Shown here: positions 18,754 through 27,941 of the stretch, one piece after another
Numbering within the stretch: position 1 is the stretch's first letter
How the letters are laid out: each line of letters begins with the position of its first letter
Assembly (NCBI RefSeq): GCF_036820275.1
Contig: NZ_DAISLT010000008.1
Coordinates: forward strand, 67,177 to 131,176
Direction: 5' to 3'
Source: Novosphingobium sp.
GTDB taxonomy: Bacteria; Pseudomonadota; Alphaproteobacteria; Sphingomonadales; Sphingomonadaceae
Length of the DNA stretch: 64,000 nucleotides
Made by a program: the position numbers and the translations under genes
Notes under the pieces: model-generated
Databases searched by the model: none
What the model was told of the DNA's origin: nothing
The model's input: only the letters and a program-made list of their open reading frames with translations

Positions 18754-19401
18754 ATGGCAAAATCCAACCTTGAGCCCGCAGCACCGGCACAAGAACCGCT
18801 CGTGCTGCTCATTCCCGGACTCGACGGCAGCGGCCCAGGCCACTGGCAGCGCCGCTGGGCCGAAGAGCTCGACAATGCCCAGATGGTCGACCTCGGCCTA
18901 TGGGAAAAACCGCATCGCAACACCTGGATCAACCGCCTGAACCATTCGGTCCAGCGCGCCGGACGTCCGGTCATATTGGTGGCGCATAGCCTGGGCTGCC
19001 TGCTGACGGCCTGGTGGGCGAAGTTCGAGCAGCCGGGCGCCGCGTCTCCGGTGGTCGGCGCGCTTCTCGTCGCACCGCCGGAAGTGGACTTCTTCCCGCG
19101 TGACGACCGGCTCAACGGCTTCGCCCCCACGCCGAGCGACGCGCTGCCCTTCCCCTCGATCCTGGTGGCCAGCCGCAACGATCCGTGGATCGGCTTCCCG
19201 ACCGCGCGCCTGCTGGCCCGCCAGTGGGGCAGCCAGTTCGTGGATGCGGGCGAGGCCGGCCATATCAATGCGGATTCGAAGATCGGCAGCTGGGAAGACG
19301 GCAAGCGACTGCTGCGTCAGCTCACCGGAGCCGCGCCTGCCGAAAGCGCGCGTCGTCCGTTCCCGGCGGACTGGTCGGACAGTCTCGAATACCGATCCTG
19401 A
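18754..19401 (+). CDS. RBBP9/YdeN-family alpha/beta serine hydrolase
   Basis: 215 aa with LLIPGLDGSGPGHWQ, the nucleophile elbow VAHSLG and a C-terminal GHIN motif. Confidence 0.8.
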   Translation: MAKSNLEPAAPAQEPLVLLIPGLDGSGPGHWQRRWAEELDNAQMVDLGLWEKPHRNTWINRLNHSVQRAGRPVILVAHSLGCLLTAWWAKFEQPGAASPVVGALLVAPPEVDFFPRDDRLNGFAPTPSDALPFPSILVASRNDPWIGFPTARLLARQWGSQFVDAGEAGHINADSKIGSWEDGKRLLRQLTGAAPAESARRPFPADWSDSLEYRS

Positions 19402-19434
19402 CGGGGATCGACCTCCAGCGAAACCCCGCAAGGA

Positions 19435-19470
19435 GCCGGGGCAGGTCCAAACGGCCTGCCCCGGCTTTTA
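19435..19470 (+). terminator. intrinsic terminator between the convergent hydrolase and pgi genes
   Basis: gccggggcagg-N9-cctgccccggc is followed by tttta. Confidence 0.75.
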
Positions 19471-19473
19471 TCG

Positions 19474-20994
19474 TCAGGCGATGCCGGAAAGCTTCAGCAG
19501 CGCTTCGGTCGAAGGGTCGAACGTGGTGCCGCCCTTCTCGATCTGCTTGGCGATTTCCTTGCCCAGTTCGACGCCGAACTGGTCGAAGGGGTTGATCTCC
19601 ATCAGCACGGCATTGGCAAACGTGCGGTGCTCGTGGAAGGCGATCAGCGCGCCGAAGGTCGCGGGCGAGACTTCGTCGAGCAGGATCGTCGCCGAAGGAC
19701 GGTCGCCCGAATAAGCGCGCGCGGGATCTTCGCTGGCCTTGCCCGCCATTAGCGCGGCGCCCTGCGCGAAGCAGTTCGACAGCAGGATGCGGTGATGCGC
19801 GGGGTTGAGATCGTCGCCCGGCGCGATCGCGGCGATGAAGTCCACCGGCACGAGGTTGGTGCCCTGGTGCAGCAGCTGGAATACCGCATGCTGGGCATCG
19901 GTGCCGACGCCGCCCCAGGTGATCGGCGCCGTCGGGCCGTCCACCGGCGAACCATCGTACTTCACGCTCTTGCCGTTCGATTCCATCTCGAGCTGCTGGA
20001 GATAGTCCGGCAGCAGCGCGAGGCGTTCGTCATAGGCGAAGACCGCGCGGGTCTGGCAGCCGCGCAGGCGAGTGTAATACTGGTCGGCAAAGGCCGCGCG
20101 CAGCGGCAGGTTGGCAAGGCCGTCGGTATCGCGGAAGTGGATGTCCATCGCCGCCGCACCGTCGAGGAACTCGGCGAAGTCCGGCCAGCCGAGCGCCATG
20201 GCGACCGGGAAACCGATCGACGACCACAGCGAGTAACGACCGCCCACGCTTTCCGAGAACGGCAGGATGCGCGTCTCGTCCACGCCCCATTCGACGGCAT
20301 TGTCCGGAGCAGCGGTCAGCGCGACCACGCGGCCGTAAGGGTCCTCGACGCCATGCTCGCGCATCCACGCAAGGACGCTTTCGGCATTGGTCATCGTCTC
20401 GATGGTGGTGAACGTCTTGGAAGCGACCGCGAGCATCGTCGTCGCCGGATCGCACTTGGCGAAGGCCGCTTCCAGAGCGCAACCGTCGATGTTGGAGACG
20501 ACATGGACGTCCACCATCGCACCTTCGCGCGCCAGGGCATCGATCGCCAGCGCCGGGCCGAGCGCCGAACCGCCGATGCCGACATGGATCAGGTGCTTCA
20601 CTTCGCCCATCGCGCCGCGATGGATGGCCTCGACGATGGCGGCCATGCGGGCGTGGAACTCGTGGGCGAGCACCACGCTATCCTCGTTGCCGACACCGCG
20701 CTGGGCGGTGTGCTCGGCGGCGCGGCCCTCGGTCGGATTGACGACCTCGCCCGCGAAGAGCGCGGCGCGGCGCCCTGCGAAGTCGGTGGCCACGGCAAGT
20801 TCCTCGAAGGCGGCGATATGCGCGGCATCGAGGTGAGTCTTCGACCAGTCGAACCGGATCGCGCCGGGGCTCGTCTCGTCACCCAGCTCCAGCCGTGTGG
20901 CGAGCAGGTCGAGACGGGCCGGGTCGGCGTCGAAAAGTTCGGCAAGCGTCGGTTTGGGCAATCCTTTCAGCTTGTTCCACACCGCTTCGCTCAT
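19474..20994 (-). CDS. pgi: glucose-6-phosphate isomerase
   Basis: 506 aa with HVGIGGSALGP, VASKTFTTIET and GVGTDAQHAVFQLLHQG. Confidence 0.95.
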   Translation of the reverse strand: MSEAVWNKLKGLPKPTLAELFDADPARLDLLATRLELGDETSPGAIRFDWSKTHLDAAHIAAFEELAVATDFAGRRAALFAGEVVNPTEGRAAEHTAQRGVGNEDSVVLAHEFHARMAAIVEAIHRGAMGEVKHLIHVGIGGSALGPALAIDALAREGAMVDVHVVSNIDGCALEAAFAKCDPATTMLAVASKTFTTIETMTNAESVLAWMREHGVEDPYGRVVALTAAPDNAVEWGVDETRILPFSESVGGRYSLWSSIGFPVAMALGWPDFAEFLDGAAAMDIHFRDTDGLANLPLRAAFADQYYTRLRGCQTRAVFAYDERLALLPDYLQQLEMESNGKSVKYDGSPVDGPTAPITWGGVGTDAQHAVFQLLHQGTNLVPVDFIAAIAPGDDLNPAHHRILLSNCFAQGAALMAGKASEDPARAYSGDRPSATILLDEVSPATFGALIAFHEHRTFANAVLMEINPFDQFGVELGKEIAKQIEKGGTTFDPSTEALLKLSGIA

Positions 20995-21183
20995 GCCATG
21001 GTTCCTTTGTTCAGGTTGGGGGCAGCCTTATGCATAGCAGGCGGCCCAAGGCCAAGTGCCATTCTCGCGCAAATGTCTACACACGTTGCTCGACGAAAAC
21101 ATGACGTTTTTGGTCGATAGCGGTACATCTTGCCCCCGTATCTCCCTTGACGGATGGCCCCGCGCACAACAAGGGTTCGAGCC

Positions 21184-22056
21184 ATGAGCGACATCGAAAC
21201 CGCGACTTCCGGCCCCACTCCCGAAACATCCGCAGCGCCGCCTTCGGGCGCAGGCGGCGAGCCTGCAAGGAAGGACGCCAAGAAGGATGAGGGCTTCTTC
21301 TCCTTCCTGCTCTGGCTGGTGCTGGGCGTGGTGGTGCTGCGCAGCTTCATCATCTCGCCTTTCAACATCCCCAGCGAGTCGATGCTGCCGCGCCTGCTGA
21401 ACGGAGACTACCTGTTCGCCTCGAAATGGTCCTACGGCTATTCGAAGTACTCGCTGCCCTTCAGCCTGCCGCTGATTCCGGGGCGCGTGTTCGCCAGCCA
21501 GCCCGCGCGCGGCGACGTGGTGATCTTCAAGGCCCCTCCGGGCAACGACGTGGACTACATCAAGCGCGTCATCGGCCTTCCCGGCGATGAAGTGCAGGTG
21601 AAGGCCGGCCAGGTGTTCCTGAACGGCAAGGCCGTGCCGCGCGTCAAGCAGCCCGATTTCGTGCTGCCGGTGACGGCCAACACCCATTGCTACGCGCCCG
21701 AATTCGAAGGCAAGGATGCCGAAGGCGGCCCGGTCTGCAACTACCCGCAGTTCCGCGAGACCCTGCCGAACGGCAAGAGCTACAACGTGCTCGACCTCGG
21801 CCAGACCCCGCAGGACGACACCGGCGTCTACATCGTCCCCGAAGGCCACATGTTCCTGATGGGCGACAACCGCGACAACTCGCTCGACAGCCGCTTCCCG
21901 GCGATCGAGGGCCAGGGCATCGGCATCGTCCCGCAGGACAACCTGGTGGGCAAGGCCGCCATCATGATGTTCTCCACCGACGGCGATGCCGAATGGCTCA
22001 AGCCGTGGACCTGGTTCACCGCCGCCCGCTGGAGCCGGATCGGGAGCGTGATCTGA
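21184..22056 (+). CDS. lepB: signal peptidase I
   Basis: IPSESMLPRLL (catalytic Ser box), GDVVIFK and GDNRDNSLDSRF. An alternative start lies at 21154. Confidence 0.9.
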   Translation: MSDIETATSGPTPETSAAPPSGAGGEPARKDAKKDEGFFSFLLWLVLGVVVLRSFIISPFNIPSESMLPRLLNGDYLFASKWSYGYSKYSLPFSLPLIPGRVFASQPARGDVVIFKAPPGNDVDYIKRVIGLPGDEVQVKAGQVFLNGKAVPRVKQPDFVLPVTANTHCYAPEFEGKDAEGGPVCNYPQFRETLPNGKSYNVLDLGQTPQDDTGVYIVPEGHMFLMGDNRDNSLDSRFPAIEGQGIGIVPQDNLVGKAAIMMFSTDGDAEWLKPWTWFTAARWSRIGSVI

Positions 22057-22725
22057 GTGCTTGAAGCAAACGACCGCACCTTCCTCGCCGAAATCTCGGG
22101 CACCGTGCCCGCCGACGAAGCACTCTGGCTGTCCGCCCTCACCCACGGCAGCACCGGCGAGAAACGCAATTACGAACGACTGGAATTCCTCGGCGATCGG
22201 GTCCTCGGGCTCTCGGTCGCCGAATGGCTTTTCGAAAACAGCGAGGAAGCGGAAGGCCGCCTTTCGCAGCGTCTCAACGCGCTCGTCAGCCGCCAGACCT
22301 GTGCTGAAGTCGCGCGCCGGATCGGCCTCGGTCCGCACATGCGCCTCGGCAAGCAGGCCCGCGACGACGGCGGGCTGGACAGCGACAATATCCTGGGCGA
22401 CGTGATGGAAGCGCTGATCGGCGCCTGCTTCACCGAACGCGGCTTCGAAGCCGCGCGCCAGATGGTCCGCAAGCTCTGGGCGGAACCGATGCAGGGCAAG
22501 GCGGGCAAGCGCAAGCACCCCAAGTCGGCGCTGCAGGAATGGGCCGCCGGCAACCGTCGCCGCATGCCGGAATACAAGCTGGTCGAGCGTTCCGGCCCCG
22601 ATCATGCCTCGCAGTTCACTGTCGAGGTCGCTATCTATAATGTCGGCGCCGCGCGTGCCACGGCCCATTCCAAGCAGGATGCCGAAACCCGCGCCGCCGA
22701 GGAATTCATGAGGAAATTCGGATGA
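22057..22725 (+). CDS. rnc: ribonuclease III
   Basis: It carries the signature ERLEFLGDRVLGL and a C-terminal dsRBD. The GTG start follows the lepB stop directly. Confidence 0.95.
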   Translation: MLEANDRTFLAEISGTVPADEALWLSALTHGSTGEKRNYERLEFLGDRVLGLSVAEWLFENSEEAEGRLSQRLNALVSRQTCAEVARRIGLGPHMRLGKQARDDGGLDSDNILGDVMEALIGACFTERGFEAARQMVRKLWAEPMQGKAGKRKHPKSALQEWAAGNRRRMPEYKLVERSGPDHASQFTVEVAIYNVGAARATAHSKQDAETRAAEEFMRKFG

Positions 22726-23615
22726 CCGAACATTGCGGTCTAGTAGCTGTCATCGGTGCCCCCAACGCGGGCAAGTCCACGCTCGTCAACGCCCTGGTCG
22801 GCCAGAAAGTGGCGATCACCTCGGCCAAGGCCCAGACCACGCGTGCGCGCCTGATGGGCATCGCCCTGCTCGATGAGACACAGATCATCCTGGCCGACAC
22901 CCCCGGCATCTTCGAGCCGAAGCGCCGTCTCGACCGCGCGATGGTCGCCGCCGCCTGGGAAGGCGCGCAGGAAGCCGACGCCGTGCTGCTGGTGGTCGAC
23001 CCGATCAAGAAGCGCCGCCACGAGCTTGAGCCCTTGCTCGAAGCGCTGGCCTCGCGCCCGGAACGCAAGATCCTGGTCATCAACAAGGTCGATGCCGGCG
23101 CGAAGGAACCGCTGCTGGTGCTGGCGCAGGAATTGACCGGCAAGGTCCAGTTCGACGAGGTGTTCTTCGTCTCGGCCCTCACCGCCGACGGCGTGCCCGA
23201 ACTCAAGGCCCACCTCGCCGGGCTGATGCCGGAAGGTCCGTGGCACTATCCCGAGGACCAGGTTTCCGACGCCAGCGAGCGCCTGCTCGCCTGCGAGATC
23301 ACTCGCGAGCAGCTCTACCGCCAGCTCCACGAGGAGCTGCCCTACGACGCCGCCGTGCGCCCCGAGGCTTACGAGCAGCGCAAGGACGGCTCGGTGGAGA
23401 TCCGCCAGCAGATCGTCGTCACCCGCGACAACCAGCGCGCCATCGTGCTGGGCAAGGGCGGCTCCAAGATCAAGGCGATCGGCGAAGCCGCGCGCAAGGA
23501 ACTGGCCGAAGTGCTCGGCCAGAAGGTCCATCTGTTCCTCCACGTGAAGGTCGAGGAAAACTGGGCCGACGCGCGCGACATCTACGAAGAGATCGGGCTG
23601 GACTGGGTCAAGTAA
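22722..23615 (+). CDS. era: GTPase Era
   Basis: G1 motif GAPNAGKST, DTPG and NKVD, plus a C-terminal KH domain. It overlaps rnc by 4 nt. Confidence 0.95.
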   Translation: MTEHCGLVAVIGAPNAGKSTLVNALVGQKVAITSAKAQTTRARLMGIALLDETQIILADTPGIFEPKRRLDRAMVAAAWEGAQEADAVLLVVDPIKKRRHELEPLLEALASRPERKILVINKVDAGAKEPLLVLAQELTGKVQFDEVFFVSALTADGVPELKAHLAGLMPEGPWHYPEDQVSDASERLLACEITREQLYRQLHEELPYDAAVRPEAYEQRKDGSVEIRQQIVVTRDNQRAIVLGKGGSKIKAIGEAARKELAEVLGQKVHLFLHVKVEENWADARDIYEEIGLDWVK

Positions 23616-24694
23616 TGACGCGCCTACCGTCGATGACGGCCGCGCGAGCGGCCATGCTTCTTGGCGCCCTTCTCGGTGGCTCCGCCGCGTCCTCGATCGC
23701 GCGGGCCGCGGAGAGCGAACAGGTCGCCGCCGTCGAGGAAAGCCTTGCCGGGCAGCGCTATGTCGCGATCGGCTCGTCCTTCGCGGCCGGTCCGATGCTG
23801 CCGCCCGCCAAGGGCGGCGCCCCCGCCCGCTGCGGCCAAAGCATGAACAATTACCCGACGCTGCTTGCCGAGCGCTTCGGGATGATCCTCACCGACCGTT
23901 CCTGCTCGGGCGCGACGACGAACAACGTGCTTGGCCCCTGGGGCGACATCCCGCCGCAGATCAACGCTGTCACCCCGCAGACGCGGCTGGTGACGGTGAC
24001 GATCGGCGGCAACGACCTTAACTACATCGGCAATCTCTTCACCGCGACCTGCATCCAGCGCGCCAAGCAATTGCCGCATGGCGCCAAGCGGCCGTCCTGC
24101 GGCACGGTGAAAGTCCCCACCGAAGTCGAGTATGCGCGCGACGAGATGCAGATGATGGAGATCGCCCGGCGCATCCGCACCGTGGCACCGCGCGCGCGGC
24201 TGGTCTTCGTGCAATACCTGACCCCGCTGCCGCAGCCCGGCGGCCTCTGCCCGGCCACGCCGGTCAGCGAGGAACACGCGGCCATCACCCGCCGCATCGG
24301 CCAGCGCCTTTCCGAGATCACCGGCCGCGTGGCCCAGACCTACGGCGCCATCGTCGTCGAGATGAACCAGTCCTCGGCCGCCCATACGCCCTGCGACACG
24401 CTGCCCTGGATGATCGGCTCGCCCGAAGGCTATGACGGCAGCCAGGGGCTTCAGTGGCACCTCAACTTCGCCGGGATGCAGGCGACCGCCAACGACATCG
24501 GCTGGTGGCTGACCCGCGCGGGCGTGAAGCAGGCCAAGCCGGTCCTTCCCGTCCAGCCGCAGTCGATTCCTTCCGGCACGCCGACGATCGTGGTGCCGCC
24601 CGCGGTTCCCGGCACGACGCCCAAGGCCGTACCCTCGCCCACCCCTACGTCAACGGCGACACCCGCTTCCGGCGCCGGTCGGCCCAGACGCTAG
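23615..24694 (+). CDS. secreted SGNH/GDSL-family hydrolase with a Pro-rich C-terminal tail
   Basis: MTRLPSMTAARAAMLLGALLGGSAASSIARA is a signal peptide. Block I is YVAIGSSFAAG and block III is TIGGNDLNY. The ATG overlaps the era stop (TAATG). Confidence 0.8.
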   Translation: MTRLPSMTAARAAMLLGALLGGSAASSIARAAESEQVAAVEESLAGQRYVAIGSSFAAGPMLPPAKGGAPARCGQSMNNYPTLLAERFGMILTDRSCSGATTNNVLGPWGDIPPQINAVTPQTRLVTVTIGGNDLNYIGNLFTATCIQRAKQLPHGAKRPSCGTVKVPTEVEYARDEMQMMEIARRIRTVAPRARLVFVQYLTPLPQPGGLCPATPVSEEHAAITRRIGQRLSEITGRVAQTYGAIVVEMNQSSAAHTPCDTLPWMIGSPEGYDGSQGLQWHLNFAGMQATANDIGWWLTRAGVKQAKPVLPVQPQSIPSGTPTIVVPPAVPGTTPKAVPSPTPTSTATPASGAGRPRR

Positions 24695-26094
24695 TTGCCC
24701 GCCCGTCGCCAGCGCGCAAAGCTGGCGACGGCGGCAATCCCAGCCAGTCCGGCAGCCACCAGCATCGGGACCGGGCCTTGTCCGGTTCCGAGCGACAACA
24801 TCGTCCCGATCATCGCCGCGCCGAGCGTCTGGCCGAACAGGCGCCCGGTCGCGAGTAGGCCGCCCGCTGCTGCCGCCCGCTCACGCGGCGCATTGCTGAC
24901 GATCATCCGGGCATTGGGCGAGAAGAACAGCGCAAACCCGAAAGCGGCAACGACAAGCCGCCAGGCGATCGCCAACGCTCCGGCATGATCGGGCAGGAAA
25001 GCCAGCAACACCAGTCCGGCAACCGCGACACCCATGCCGACAAGCCCCATGATCGAAGGCGAGGCATGGTCGGAGAGCCAACCTGCCGCCGGAGCGACGA
25101 CCAGCATCGTCAGCGGGAACGGCAGGACCAGCAGGCCGACGTTCTCGACGCTGTAGCCCATGCCCTGCTCCAGCCGGAACGGCAGCGCGACGATCAGCGC
25201 CGCCGAGGCGATGAACCCTGCTATCGCCGCAACCGTCGAGAGGCCAATGGCCGGCTGAGCCAGCAAGTCGACGGGGAAGACCGGGTTCGCCTTGCGCCGC
25301 TCGCGCCGGGCCAGCAGCAGCGCGGAGCCGATACCGGCCAATGCCGCCATCAGCCCCGGTTCCACCATGCCGCCATGCGCGGCCAGTTCCACACCGCCGA
25401 TCAACAGGACGAAACTGATCGCGCTCCACAGGCCCGAAACCCAGTCGAACGGAGTATCGCCGCGCTCGGGATCCGGCAGGAACCGGCCGATCAGCAGGGA
25501 AACCAGCGCGAAGGGAACAGCGGCCACGAAGATCCAGTGCCAGTCGGCGTGGGCCACGATGAAGCCCCCGAGAACCGGTGCCAGTGCGTTGGAGGAAGCG
25601 ACGATGACCGAATTGATGCCCAGTCCGCTGCCCAGCTTCGCCTTGGGATAGATCTGCCGGATCAGAGCCGTACCGACGCTCATCGCCATACCCGCGCCGA
25701 GTGCCTGACCCGCTCGGATCAGCAGCAACAAGGGCAGCGAACTCGCAAGGAACGAAAGTCCCGAGGCGACCATGAAGATCACCTGCCCGGCCTGATAGAC
25801 CCGTCGCAGGCCCAGTCGCTCGCCGAGGTTGGCGAAAGGCAGCAGCGCCATGACCATGACGAGCTGATAGACCGTCACCACGTTGACGACCACGCCCTCC
25901 TCCACGGAGAGATCGCGCGCTATCGTCGGCAGCGCGACATTGGCGATCGTCCCATCCAGCACGAACAGCGCGGTGCCGAAGGAAATCGCCACGATCGCCC
26001 ATAACCGTCGCGGCATCGGCAGCCCGGAATCCCCGAGGTCCGGACCATCCGCCGCGCGGCCGGAAACCGGCTCGCCATCGCTCATCCGCAGCAT
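24691..26094 (-). CDS. MFS transporter, DHA2 (EmrB/QacA-like) drug/H+ antiporter family
   Basis: LWAIVAISFGTALFVLDGTIANVALPTIARDL is typical of DHA2, and the protein is polytopic. The start is trimmed to MLRMSDGE (26094). Its stop overlaps the SGNH hydrolase stop (CTAG). Confidence 0.85.
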   Translation of the reverse strand: MLRMSDGEPVSGRAADGPDLGDSGLPMPRRLWAIVAISFGTALFVLDGTIANVALPTIARDLSVEEGVVVNVVTVYQLVMVMALLPFANLGERLGLRRVYQAGQVIFMVASGLSFLASSLPLLLLIRAGQALGAGMAMSVGTALIRQIYPKAKLGSGLGINSVIVASSNALAPVLGGFIVAHADWHWIFVAAVPFALVSLLIGRFLPDPERGDTPFDWVSGLWSAISFVLLIGGVELAAHGGMVEPGLMAALAGIGSALLLARRERRKANPVFPVDLLAQPAIGLSTVAAIAGFIASAALIVALPFRLEQGMGYSVENVGLLVLPFPLTMLVVAPAAGWLSDHASPSIMGLVGMGVAVAGLVLLAFLPDHAGALAIAWRLVVAAFGFALFFSPNARMIVSNAPRERAAAAGGLLATGRLFGQTLGAAMIGTMLSLGTGQGPVPMLVAAGLAGIAAVASFARWRRAGN

Positions 26095-26276
26095 GTCACT
26101 CCAACGCTCGAGTTCGAAATCGGCCCGCAAGGTGCCCGGCGGCGGGACGGGCTGCAAGGCATACGGAAGATTGGGTGGCGGGCCTGTCGCCAAACGGCAA
26201 CTTTCGCGGAGCAAGGACGGCTGACGGCATCGCCTGCCCCGGCGGCCGGGGGCGAGCGCGCAGGAAGGGTCGGACA

Positions 26277-27758
26277 ATGATCGCAATCGCGGGGCTAACG
26301 GCAGGCCGAGTGCGGCTTTTGCCCCGCTCGCCGCTGCTGTACCTCGCCTTGGGCCTGGCGCTCCGACTGCCGATGTTCGGCAAGCCCGCATTCCAGTCCG
26401 ACGAACAGTTCTATCTCCTCGTCGGCCAGCGCATGGCCGAAGGGGCGCTGCCCTTCGTCGACATCTGGGACCGCAAACCCTACGGCCTGTTCCTGCTCTA
26501 TCGCGGCGCCTTCGCCCTGCCGTTCGATCCGGTCCTGACGTACCAGATCGCCGGACTGGTCTTTTCGGTCCTGACCGCCCTCGTCATCGAACGCATGGCC
26601 CGCCGAATCGCGTCGCCCGGCGCGGCGCAAGCGGCAGGCCTTGCCTATCTGCTCTATCAGCCGGTGTTCAACGTGGCGTTGGGACAATCGCCGGTGTTCT
26701 ACAACCTGCCGGTCGCCGTTGCCGCCGGTCTCGTCCTCGATGCGCGGCTGCGCAGCGGCGATGGCGCCCTGTTCCGACGCGGAACGGCTGCCATGCTGCT
26801 CGTCGGCCTCGCCTTGCAGATCAAGTACAGCGTCGTATTCGAAGGCATGGGCTTCGGCCTCATGCTGCTGGCACGCGGACGTGCCGACGGCTGGCGCCTG
26901 CCGCGCCTCGCCGCTGCGGGGGCAGCATGGGTCTTTGCCGCCCTGACGCCGACGCTCCTGGTACTCACGGGCTATGCAGCGACAGGCCATGCCGAAGCCT
27001 TCCTTCAAGCCAACTTCCTCTCGATCTTCGGCCGCACCGTCGATCAGGCCGACGCCTTCGCTCAGCTTGGCAAGGAAGGCCTTGCACTGATCCCCTTTGC
27101 GCTGGCCATCGTTCGGGCACCCACCCGCCTGCCCGCCTTGCCGGAAACGAACCCCGCCATGCTCACCGGCATCCGGATCTGGGCCTTTGTCGCGCTGCTG
27201 GGGTTCCTCGCGTTCGGAACCTGGTACGACCACTACCTCGGTCCGGTTCTCGTCCCGCTCTGCCTGCTGGCGTCGCCCGCACTGGGGCGCACGGCTCCCG
27301 GCGAGCGCTGGTACGGTCGGCTGCTGCTCGGCTTCGGCCTGCTCGGCGCGCTGGTCGTCCCGGCGCTGCAAGTCCGCGAGCGCGGAACGGCGAAGGACTT
27401 CGCCGCCGCCAGCGCCGCCGTCGCACGCGAACTCCATGGCCGCTGCCTCTACGTCTACGAGAGCGACAGCGCGCTCTATCGGACGACGAGTGCCTGCATT
27501 CCGACGCGCTTCGCCTATCCCAGCCACCTTAACGCTATGAACGAGGCCGGGGCACTGGGCGTGGATCCCGTGACCGAAGTCAGTCGAATTCTGGCCACCC
27601 GTCCCGGCGTGATCGTCGTCGCGGAATCGAGCCGTCCCAACCTGCCGAACCTGCGGACGAGAGCGCTGATACGAAAAGCCCTCGCAGGCTCCTATGAGCG
27701 CTACGAGGGCCTGTCGATCGGTACGAGGAAATTCGGCCTCTACCGCCTGAAGCGGTAA
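26277..27758 (+). CDS. GT-C fold membrane glycosyltransferase (ArnT/PMT-like, GT39/83-type)
   Basis: About 493 aa, polytopic, with an N-terminal loop motif SDEQFYLLVGQRM (DExxY-like). The ATG at 26277 follows AGGAAGGG. Confidence 0.7.
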   Translation: MIAIAGLTAGRVRLLPRSPLLYLALGLALRLPMFGKPAFQSDEQFYLLVGQRMAEGALPFVDIWDRKPYGLFLLYRGAFALPFDPVLTYQIAGLVFSVLTALVIERMARRIASPGAAQAAGLAYLLYQPVFNVALGQSPVFYNLPVAVAAGLVLDARLRSGDGALFRRGTAAMLLVGLALQIKYSVVFEGMGFGLMLLARGRADGWRLPRLAAAGAAWVFAALTPTLLVLTGYAATGHAEAFLQANFLSIFGRTVDQADAFAQLGKEGLALIPFALAIVRAPTRLPALPETNPAMLTGIRIWAFVALLGFLAFGTWYDHYLGPVLVPLCLLASPALGRTAPGERWYGRLLLGFGLLGALVVPALQVRERGTAKDFAAASAAVARELHGRCLYVYESDSALYRTTSACIPTRFAYPSHLNAMNEAGALGVDPVTEVSRILATRPGVIVVAESSRPNLPNLRTRALIRKALAGSYERYEGLSIGTRKFGLYRLKR

Positions 27759-27761
27759 ACC

Positions 27762-27941
27762 TCAGCGTGCCTTGGCAATCGAAAAACCATGCTGCCGCGC
27801 GGCGTCCTTGGTCGATTCCTCAGTGCGGTTGAGCGCCTTGGCGATTTCCTTCAGACCCTTACCCTTTCCGGCCAGGGTCTGGAGCTTCTGCAGCTCCTCG
27901 GGCTTCCAGGGCTGCTTGTGCTTGGCGATCTTGTCGCTCAT
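27762..27941 (-). CDS. small basic protein (59 aa) with a Myb/SANT- or GcrA-N-terminal-like helix-turn-helix pattern
   Basis: My own translation is MSDKIAKHKQPWKPEELQKLQTLAGKGKGLKEIAKALNRTEESTKDAARQHGFSIAKAR. Third-position GC is high, like real genes here. The ATG overlaps the topA TGA (ATGA). At 59 aa it falls below the ORF-track cutoff. Confidence 0.6.
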   Translation of the reverse strand: MSDKIAKHKQPWKPEELQKLQTLAGKGKGLKEIAKALNRTEESTKDAARQHGFSIAKAR

